From Deinococcus cellulosilyticus NBRC 106333 = KACC 11606 (GTDB lineage Bacteria; Deinococcota; Deinococci; Deinococcales; Deinococcaceae): a stretch of 24,000 nucleotides of DNA. Shown here piece after piece: positions 1 to 5,933 of the stretch (position 1 is the stretch's first letter; the number at the start of each line of letters is the position of its first letter). Location of the stretch: NCBI RefSeq assembly GCF_007990775.1, contig NZ_BJXB01000001.1, forward strand, positions 405,168 through 429,167. The letters run 5' to 3'. A model generated the notes under the pieces. That model did no database searches, had not been told where the DNA came from, and saw nothing but the letters and a program-made list of their open reading frames with translations. Position numbers and translations under genes: made by a program.

Positions 1-997
1 GGGCAGCGGCAGTTTTGGCTCCGGTGACGGCATTCACCAGCAGGGATTCGTTGGTGCTGCCATCGTAGTTCCCTGAGGTGTCGGGGGTCTTGTTGGTGAC
101 GCCACCTGTGACCAGCAGCCTGTCCGGCTGGTACATCACACTGCTGCCGTGGTAACGGTCGTGGTTGTCCCGCTGACCGATCACGGTCCAGCTTCCGGTG
201 CCTGAGGTGTTCAGTTTGCCCATCAGCACGCCAGGACCGGAGTTGAAGACCAGACCTTCGCTGTTGACGTGCATCCAGGGGTAGAGGTGCTCGAACTTGC
301 CGCCAAACACGCTGGTGGATGCGGTGGTGAGGGTGCGCCAGCTTCCGGTGGTGGTGTTCCAGATTTCGGGGAGGTCTGCGGCTGCACCGTTGTTCACGCC
401 CCCGGTGGACAGGATTTCCTTGTTGGGAAGCACCGTCAGGGTGGGGTACCAGCGGGTGTACTGCATGTCTGGCAGGCGGGTCCAGGTGTTGGTGGCGGGG
501 TCAAACTGGTTGGTGTCAGGGCGGCCATAGAAGTCCACAGGGCCCAGACCGTCGTGTCCACCTGCGGCAAGCACCTTGCCATCGGGGATCAGGGTGTGTC
601 CTGCGCAGAACAGTTCGGTGCCGGTCTGGTTGTCGTAGCGGGTGTGCACATTGGTTCTGGGGTTCCAGACATCCACGAAAGTCAGGTCATGTTCGCCGCT
701 GCTGGGGGGGTCGAAAATGTTGTCGCCGGTGTCGTCGCTGGTGCTCCAGCTGATCACGTTTCCATTGGGCAGGAGGCCCATGTGAACGGCGACCAGGGGC
801 CATGCACGTGCGGGGGTGAAGTAGCCCAGTTGTGCGCGGGAACTGACGGGTCTGGCAAGGTCGGATTCGTCTCCGGTGAGGTCCTGCTGCACGACAGTGC
901 CTTCCGGAGCGGTGGTGACGCTGCTGCAGGCCATGAGTGCGGTGAGCAGTGCAGCTGTGCCGACACCTTTGATCCAATGTGCTGTGGTTTTCATCAT
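1..997 (-). CDS. Glyoxal oxidase / galactose oxidase-like kelch-propeller lipoprotein, 5' part only (gene runs off the left edge)
   Basis: Absent from the ORF track because the frame stays open to position 1. Manual reverse translation from ATGATG at 997 gives MMKTTAHWIKGVGTAALLTALMACSSVTTAPEG...MGLLPNGNVISWSTSDDTGD...TELFCAGHTLIPDGKVLAAGGHDGLG. This is a signal peptide with lipobox LMAC followed by kelch-like blades typical of the glyoxal oxidase N-terminal family. GGAG sits 6 nt upstream of the ATG. Confidence 0.75.
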   Translation of the reverse strand, partial: MMKTTAHWIKGVGTAALLTALMACSSVTTAPEGTVVQQDLTGDESDLARPVSSRAQLGYFTPARAWPLVAVHMGLLPNGNVISWSTSDDTGDNIFDPPSSGEHDLTFVDVWNPRTNVHTRYDNQTGTELFCAGHTLIPDGKVLAAGGHDGLGPVDFYGRPDTNQFDPATNTWTRLPDMQYTRWYPTLTVLPNKEILSTGGVNNGAAADLPEIWNTTTGSWRTLTTASTSVFGGKFEHLYPWMHVNSEGLVFNSGPGVLMGKLNTSGTGSWTVIGQRDNHDRYHGSSVMYQPDRLLVTGGVTNKTPDTSGNYDGSTNESLLVNAVTGAKTAAA

Positions 998-1041
998 CTT
1001 CTTCTCCTCGCGAGTGACCAATTTTTGCATGAGGCTTTCTG

Positions 1042-1060
1042 CTTTCTGCAGTGCAGAAAG
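1042..1060. promoter_or_regulatory. Perfect palindrome CTTTCTGCA-g-TGCAGAAAG in the leader/promoter of the oxidase-like gene
   Basis: Read directly. Preceded by another CTTTCTG unit (1035-1041) and located 45-63 nt upstream of the ATG at 997. Belongs to the C(C/T)TTCTG heptamer family seen elsewhere in the window. Confidence 0.5.
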
Positions 1061-1111
1061 GGATGGATGCCTGTTTCAGACAATGGTCGGGGGATTGCCC
1101 GAAGCAAATTA

Positions 1112-1126
1112 ATTAGTACTCCTAAT
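1112..1126. promoter_or_regulatory. Candidate operator ATTAGTACTCCTAAT, a near-copy of the box at 3149-3163
   Basis: The core TTAGTACTCCTAA differs at one of 14 positions from TTAGGACTCCTAA at 3150-3163. It lies just downstream of a candidate minus-strand promoter (TTGACA 1157-1152, 15-nt spacer, TATACC 1136-1131). Confidence 0.45.
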
Positions 1127-1268
1127 GGATGGTATAAGGGATGGTTAAAGTTGTCAAATATATTACGCTGACAGAACAAACGCCCTGATCTTCCGGGAAA
1201 GTATAATCTGCGACGGTGTTTTTCTGCTGTGATGGGTGGAAGACTTGGGGATCACCCTGCATGAAACA

Positions 1269-1305
1269 GGGGAAATCCCCGAGCAGCCTGCTCTGGAAAT
1301 TCCCC
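1269..1305 (-). terminator. Imperfect hairpin downstream of the 83-aa ORF (weak terminator candidate)
   Basis: GGGGAAAT (1269-1276) pairs with AATTCCCC (1298-1305) with one mismatch, plus an inner GAGCA/TGCTC stem. The U-tract on the minus strand is weak. Confidence 0.35.
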
Positions 1306-1316
1306 CTGCAAAAAGA

Positions 1317-1568
1317 TCAGCTTTCTGGCTGACTTTCAGTAAAAACCTGCTTCCAGTGGTTGTTTGCCTGTGCGATGGTCTGGAATTCCAGCGCAACCAC
1401 CTGCGCAGCAATCATCAGTTGCATGGTGTCTTTTGCATAATCTGGCCTGAGGGCTTTGCGCACCTCAGGATCTGGCTGCATGGCGACGATGCTCTTGCGG
1501 GCCAGCATGATTGCAAGCTGTCGGCCCTCTTCCGGTGTCGCAGTGATCAGGGACAGGGGTTCGGCCAC
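1317..1568 (-). CDS. Hypothetical 83-aa protein, probably co-transcribed with the upstream secreted protein gene
   Basis: GTG start 7 nt after the stop of the upstream gene. Protein-like helical composition (MAEPLSLITATPEEGRQLAIMLARKSIVAMQPDPEVRKAL...). No family recognised and no clear SD. Confidence 0.45.
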   Translation of the reverse strand: MAEPLSLITATPEEGRQLAIMLARKSIVAMQPDPEVRKALRPDYAKDTMQLMIAAQVVALEFQTIAQANNHWKQVFTESQPES

Positions 1569-1574
1569 CCTGGA

Positions 1575-2294
1575 TCACTTGCCAATCTTTCCAGGCAGGC
1601 TCAGGTTGCCCGAAGCCACATCGAACACATCAACCACACAGAGGAGTGGATTGTGAACGCTTTCATTCACACGCAGACCCGCAGTCACCCCATCAAACTG
1701 GAAGTCGGTCTTGAACCCCAGTTCCTTGAGGGGAACTTTCACGGTGACGGTCTTGCTGGAAATCACGGGCTCATAACCAGGGCTGTCGATCAGGATGGGG
1801 AGACCGGGCCAGGTGGCAGGCAATCTGGGTTTGGCCCCCTCGGGGATGTCTTTGACTTTCAGGTTGCCCTTGCCGCAGGCATCATCTGGCACCAGCACCA
1901 CCCAGTGGCTGTGCCACAGGCCGCCATCGTTGTCCACCTTGCTGTCTCCGTCTTCATCAAAGAGAGGGGTGTCGTCAAAGTCAGGGTGGCTGGTGACCGC
2001 CAGGGCAAGTACCCCCTGATCGGCTTCAAAACCCACAGTCGAGGAGTTCAGGGTGGTGGGCCAGACGTAGCTGTAAACGCTGCTGCCAGCCAGTTTTCCA
2101 GCTCTGGTGGGCTTCAGGCGGCCTGCTCTGTCGCTGACATCGATCTGGAAGACCAGCTGGGTGCCGCTGTTGGTCACACGGGTGTTCACCAGATCAAAAT
2201 TGACGTCTTTTGCGTTGCTGGCAGCAGAGGTGATGGGGTGGGCCTGGGCGAGAGACAGGGCAAGCAGGGCGGCAACAGAAAGCATTTTTTTCAT
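1575..2294 (-). CDS. Secreted hypothetical protein, 239 aa
   Basis: Start moved to the internal ATG at 2294 (MKKMLSVAALLALSLAQA|HPITS, a classical signal peptide) with AGGAG 8 nt upstream. Contains an acidic HPDFDDTPLFDEDGDSKVDNDGGLWHSHWVVL segment. Family not recognised. Confidence 0.8.
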   Translation of the reverse strand: MKKMLSVAALLALSLAQAHPITSAASNAKDVNFDLVNTRVTNSGTQLVFQIDVSDRAGRLKPTRAGKLAGSSVYSYVWPTTLNSSTVGFEADQGVLALAVTSHPDFDDTPLFDEDGDSKVDNDGGLWHSHWVVLVPDDACGKGNLKVKDIPEGAKPRLPATWPGLPILIDSPGYEPVISSKTVTVKVPLKELGFKTDFQFDGVTAGLRVNESVHNPLLCVVDVFDVASGNLSLPGKIGK

Positions 2295-2460
2295 GGTGGT
2301 TCTCCTTTGAGGTGCGAAAATCCATCCCCCGGCAGCGTGACCGTTGGCAGAATGGCAGGGTTGTGGGCACACGGGAGGGCTGTCCCGCATGGCCTGAAGT
2401 CATGGAGATGTCAAAAGCAAAGCCCCGAAGAGCCGATCAGGATTTCAGTTGTCTGGGACC

Positions 2461-3078
2461 TCAGCGGAGCACGGGAAGCTCAATGGCCCGGTGGTCCGCG
2501 CAATCGATCTGCAACTGGGCAAGCTGGAGTGGGCCACCCAGAAAATGACAGTGGTGGGCACTCTGGGGATCGTCATACACATTGGGCTGGAAGAAAGCGC
2601 AGGTGAAACACATTTGCACCGGGGCAATCTGTCCCTGCTGCTGCAGCACCTGAATGAGTTTCAGAAGCGTTTGCAGCAAGATGGCCTGCTCGGCAGGTTC
2701 CAGGGTTCCCACCGCTTCCATCAGGAAACCTGTCCACTCTGAGGTTTTTTCGGCTTCCTGCTCCCCCAGTGGGGTGAGGGTCAGCTGCAGCTGGCGGCCA
2801 TCCAGGGGATGACGGATCTTTTTCACCAGCTGTTTTTTGACCAGCATGGTGACCGCATCGCTGGTGGTGGCCAGGGTGATGCCCTGCTGAAGGGCCAGCT
2901 GGGACAGGGTCAGTCCCTGGGGTTCAGCTTTCAGTTGCCTCAGGATGTTCCCCTGGGTGGGGGTGAGTTTCTGGGGCGTGGCTCCCTTCCAGGCCTGGGA
3001 TTTCAGGACCTGGCTGAGTTTGACCAGACCGGTGATGACTTTGGATTGCAGCGTGGGGTCGATCGGTTCTTCTGGCAT
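2461..3078 (-). CDS. MarR-family winged-helix regulator with C-terminal four-Cys extension (MarR1, 205 aa)
   Basis: MarR wHTH core (LTPTQGNILRQLKAEPQGLTLSQLALQQGITLATTSDAVTMLVKKQLVKKIRHPLDGRQ). Tail is QMCFTCAFFQPNVYDDPQSAHHCHFLGGPLQLAQLQIDCADH. Confidence 0.85.
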   Translation of the reverse strand: MPEEPIDPTLQSKVITGLVKLSQVLKSQAWKGATPQKLTPTQGNILRQLKAEPQGLTLSQLALQQGITLATTSDAVTMLVKKQLVKKIRHPLDGRQLQLTLTPLGEQEAEKTSEWTGFLMEAVGTLEPAEQAILLQTLLKLIQVLQQQGQIAPVQMCFTCAFFQPNVYDDPQSAHHCHFLGGPLQLAQLQIDCADHRAIELPVLR

Positions 3079-3148
3079 CTTGCTTCTTCATTTTGACGGG
3101 ATTGGGCGTGGTTGCAAATACAGCACTTGATGCTTCAGGTCCTCTCCT

Positions 3149-3163
3149 CTTAGGACTCCTAAG
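3149..3163. promoter_or_regulatory. Perfect 7-1-7 palindrome CTTAGGA-c-TCCTAAG (candidate operator)
   Basis: Read directly. Lies 71-85 nt upstream of the MarR1 ATG (3078) and 26-40 nt after the MarR2 stop. The 1-nt spacer excludes an RNA hairpin, so a dimeric DNA-binding site is the likelier role. Confidence 0.55.
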
Positions 3164-3188
3164 TATTAGTTCAAGGAGGGGGGATCTG

Positions 3189-3728
3189 TCAAGGGGCCAC
3201 GTGCTCACGGCAGATTTTGTCCGGGGCAGGATGCTCCAGTGGAAGCTGAAGCAAAGAGCACCAGCTGCTCTCATCGCTGCGGTGGTACTTGCAGGTGCGG
3301 CACACCCCGAATGGCTTGCCTCCCTGCTGCTCAATCATCTTGCCCAGCAGCAATTCCAGGGCTTTTTCCACCGAAGCCTGCTCTGGGGGGGCAAGGTGCT
3401 CCAGAAGCTGACGGGTTTCCTGCAGATGCTCTGCCAGAATTGCCTCTCCTGCCCCGGTCAAGTCAAAATGCACGATCCTCCGGTCTTTCAGGTCCATGGA
3501 ACGGCTCAGGTATCCTTTTTGCTCCAGCAGTTTCAGGCTCTGGGAAAGGGTGCCCTTGGTGATGCCCAGATACTCGATGATGGCCTGCGGCGTGTTGCTG
3601 AAGCGGTTACAGGCACTCAGGTAGTGCAACACCTCAAAGTGCACCGGATGCAGTCCCGAGGGGTGGGCCCTGCTGTGGTGTCGCATCAGCACACCCAGGC
3701 GTTCCATGTAGATCGGGATCGATGACAT
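3189..3728 (-). CDS. MarR-family winged-helix regulator with C-terminal four-Cys extension (MarR2, 179 aa)
   Basis: MarR core (LHPVHFEVLHYLSACNRFSNTPQAIIEYLGITKGTLSQSLKLLEQKGYLSRSMDLKDRR). Tail is GVCRTCKYHRSDESSWCSLLQLPLEHPAPDKICREH. No SD; a -10-like TACTGT ends 5 nt before the ATG. Confidence 0.85.
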   Translation of the reverse strand: MSSIPIYMERLGVLMRHHSRAHPSGLHPVHFEVLHYLSACNRFSNTPQAIIEYLGITKGTLSQSLKLLEQKGYLSRSMDLKDRRIVHFDLTGAGEAILAEHLQETRQLLEHLAPPEQASVEKALELLLGKMIEQQGGKPFGVCRTCKYHRSDESSWCSLLQLPLEHPAPDKICREHVAP

Positions 3729-3733
3729 GCCTT

Positions 3734-3784
3734 ACAGTATCGGGTCCAAACCATCTTGACAATTCCCCAGCTTGCATTTACCTT
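3734..3784. promoter_or_regulatory. Back-to-back divergent promoters sharing one -35 region
   Basis: Plus strand: TTGACA (3756-3761), 17 nt, TACCTT (3779-3784). Minus strand: TTGTCA (3762-3757), 17 nt, TACTGT (3739-3734), then aaggc and ATG (3728). Hexamers and spacers were counted by hand. Confidence 0.45.
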
Positions 3785-3790
3785 GAAATG

Positions 3791-3805
3791 GTATCGACTC
3801 GATAC
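3791..3805. promoter_or_regulatory. Perfect 7-1-7 palindrome GTATCGA-c-TCGATAC (candidate MarR operator)
   Basis: Read directly. Starts 7 nt after the plus-strand -10 candidate (about +1 to +15 of the thioredoxin-like gene) and lies 25-39 nt upstream of its ATG. Confidence 0.55.
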
Positions 3806-3829
3806 AAATTAAACCTGAAGGAGAAGACC

Positions 3830-4063
3830 ATGACCAAAACTGTTTTTTACCATGCCGGATGCCCCGTCTGCGTTGAAGCCGAGCAACAATTCGTCACCGC
3901 CCTTGACCCCCAGAAATACCAGGTCGAAGTGGTTCACCTTGGCGAGCAGAAAAACCGTCTGGTGGAAGCCGAGCAGGCCGGAGTGAAATCTGTTCCTGCC
4001 CTGGTGCTCGATGGTCTGCCATTTCACATCAACTTTGGCGCAAGTTTGAATGACCTTCGCTGA
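3830..4063 (+). CDS. Small thioredoxin-fold protein with CPVC redox motif (Thioredoxin_3/glutaredoxin-like, 77 aa)
   Basis: Start moved to the ATG at 3830, with GAAGGAGAAG ending 4 nt upstream. Sequence is MTKTVFYHAGCPVCVEAEQQF...VKSVPALVLDGLPF, matching the small single-domain redox-active disulfide protein pattern. Confidence 0.8.
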   Translation: MTKTVFYHAGCPVCVEAEQQFVTALDPQKYQVEVVHLGEQKNRLVEAEQAGVKSVPALVLDGLPFHINFGASLNDLR

Positions 4064-4120
4064 TTGAAATGCACTTTGATCTGCACTGCAGGTCCTGAGT
4101 TCAGGTGAAGACATGGACCC

Positions 4121-4147
4121 GGTCCGGAAGTCTCCAGCTTCCGGACC
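4121..4147 (+). terminator. Hairpin GGTCCGGAAG-tctccag-CTTCCGGACC after the thioredoxin-like gene
   Basis: 10-bp perfect stem with a 7-nt loop. The T-run (4161-4165) is displaced about 13 nt, so intrinsic-terminator status is uncertain. Confidence 0.45.
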
Positions 4148-4311
4148 CTGCGGTCCTGATTTTTGCTATATATCTCTATATCAAGTGCAGATCAAGATCT
4201 CATTGCTGAAGCATTCAAAAGCATCTGTGCTGTGCTGACGGCCCGGCCACTTGCTGACTGCCCCTGATCAACCTCACACGTTTTACACCGAGTCCAGACT
4301 TATACTGAAAC

Positions 4312-4962
4312 ATGATTCGAATTTTCCGTGAACCCATCAATGCCCTGACCCACTGGTTTGGGGCCGGCATGGCAGTGGTCCTCACCATTCTGCTGTGCAT
4401 ATTTGCTTTCAGAGGTGGCGTTCACTGGTGGCCGTTTCTGGTGTATGGGATCAGCATGATCCTGCTCTACCTCGCCAGTGCCACCCTGCATTCCGTCAAA
4501 GCCAGAGACCTGGTGCTGCAATGGCTCACCAAACTGGACCACAGCGCCATCTTCATTCTGATTGCAGGTTCTTACACCCCGGTGGCTTACTTTGCCCTGC
4601 CTCCAGAGTGGGCAAAGTGGACCCTGATTGCCGTCTGGAGTGTTGCTGTCGCCGGAGTCATCCTCAAACTCATCACCCTGAACCTGAACCGCTGGCTTTC
4701 CACCGGACTGTATCTGGTCATGGGATGGGGAAGTGTCCTGCTGGTTCCCCACCTGTTTCAGGCCTATTCCTGGCCTCCGGTGATCTGGATTGCTCTGGGA
4801 GGACTGTTTTACTCTCTGGGCGCAGTGGTGTACGGCACGAAGCGCTTCAACCCGATTCCAGGGGTGTTTGGTTACCACGAGATCTGGCACCTGTTCGTGC
4901 TGGCAGGAACGGCAAGCCATGCCACAGCCATGTTCTACCTCACAGGGTCACAGACCGCCTGA
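4312..4962 (+). CDS. trhA: Hemolysin III / PAQR family membrane protein
   Basis: Seven-TM protein with family motifs (EPINALTHWFGA, LDHSAIFILIAGSYTP, GYHEIWHLFVLAGTASH). No SD; TATACT (4301-4306) lies 5 nt upstream of the ATG. Confidence 0.9.
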   Translation: MIRIFREPINALTHWFGAGMAVVLTILLCIFAFRGGVHWWPFLVYGISMILLYLASATLHSVKARDLVLQWLTKLDHSAIFILIAGSYTPVAYFALPPEWAKWTLIAVWSVAVAGVILKLITLNLNRWLSTGLYLVMGWGSVLLVPHLFQAYSWPPVIWIALGGLFYSLGAVVYGTKRFNPIPGVFGYHEIWHLFVLAGTASHATAMFYLTGSQTA

Positions 4963-4980
4963 GCCCCAATGTTTACCCTG

Positions 4981-5008
4981 ATCTCTTCCCTGGAAGAGAT
5001 TTTTTTTG
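4981..5008 (+). terminator. Rho-independent terminator of trhA
   Basis: ATCTCTTC-cctg-GAAGAGAT stem-loop followed directly by a T7 run. Confidence 0.8.
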
Positions 5009-5120
5009 GCCCTGCACAGGCCTGAAAACGCAACATGGGCTCCTGAACCTGCATCCACTGTAGCTTTCTTTGCTGATGAAGCCTCCTTTTTCCGCAAGGA
5101 TGAAGGGCAAGGAGGCTTTT

Positions 5121-5603
5121 ATGGCTGATGATCGACAGAATGATCAGGGCAATGATCAAAACAATGATTCCAACTGGGAAGACCGCATGGACCCCAAAGT
5201 GGCTGAACATTTCATCGTCACTGGCGATGAAGTGGACCCGACCTTGCAGGCCCAGCAAGAGCAGGAAGATGGTTCCATTGACCATGGAGGCATGGAGAAA
5301 CACGATGAGGCCAACGATGTTTCAGACATCACCGAATCTGAAGAGAGCATCACGGCCAACGCCATCAACTCCATTGTGGACAGTGAATCCGAGCCTGGAG
5401 ACCAGGTGGACACCCTTTACGACCTCGATGACGGCAAAGACGACTACCACTGGGAAAAATCGGATGATCCTGCTGTGGCAGGGGATGAGTTTGAGCGCCG
5501 TCCCAGCCCCTATTTCCGCAACGATGACACTGCTCCGGACACCTTCACCGATGACCGGCACCGGGATGACACCTCGCCCGAGAACCAGGTGGAAAAAGAG
5601 TAA
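5121..5603 (+). CDS. Highly acidic, low-complexity (likely disordered) protein, 160 aa
   Basis: Start moved to the ATG at 5121, with AGGAGG 5 nt upstream. By my count 32 D plus 18 E against 12 K/R in 160 residues. The frame ends 7 nt before a good terminator, and codon usage resembles neighbouring genes. Confidence 0.7.
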   Translation: MADDRQNDQGNDQNNDSNWEDRMDPKVAEHFIVTGDEVDPTLQAQQEQEDGSIDHGGMEKHDEANDVSDITESEESITANAINSIVDSESEPGDQVDTLYDLDDGKDDYHWEKSDDPAVAGDEFERRPSPYFRNDDTAPDTFTDDRHRDDTSPENQVEKE

Positions 5604-5610
5604 AAGCATC

Positions 5611-5635
5611 AGCCATCCGCAAGGGTGGCTTTTTC
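5611..5635 (+). terminator. Rho-independent terminator of the acidic protein gene
   Basis: AGCCATCC-gcaa-GGGTGGCT (8 bp including one G-U pair, GCAA tetraloop) followed by TTTT. Confidence 0.75.
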
Positions 5636-5743
5636 GTGGATCACCAGATCTGACTTCCGTGAAACCCACTTTGACTGAGGTTGCAGGGACAGGGAAGTTG
5701 ATCTTCTGTCTGCTGGCCATGACAGCCTGAAACTGTAAACCCT

Positions 5744-5777
5744 CAGAAGGGTCTCTCCTTCTGTTCTGATCCTTCTG
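5744..5777. repeat. CCTTCTG heptamer locus: hairpin CAGAAGG-gtctct-CCTTCTG followed by TTCTGAT and CCTTCTG
   Basis: Read directly. 7-bp perfect stem (5744-5750 / 5757-5763) and 7-nt periodic units to 5777. Confidence 0.6.
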
Positions 5778-5933
5778 TGACAAGACATCGATTTTCCTTT
5801 CTGACAAGTGGGTTTTTTCGAAAGCCTGGTCTGAAATCCCTTCAAGTTCTGTCTATACAATTGCATAGTCATATGAATACATCCAGACTAATTTGGATGA
5901 AACACAGTCACAACCCATCACCTGGAGGAAACG

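Noticed and set aside
269-2606. Long plus-strand ORFs 269..1171 (300 aa) and 1236..2606 (456 aa)
   Set aside because: They are antisense shadows of well-supported minus-strand genes (oxidase-like lipoprotein, secreted protein, MarR1). Their translations are G/V/H/R-rich low-complexity sequence without an SD or recognisable domains.
5128-5730. 200-aa alternative frame overlapping the acidic protein gene
   Set aside because: It reads through the 5611-5635 terminator, has no SD, and gives a T/P/M/R-rich unnatural composition.
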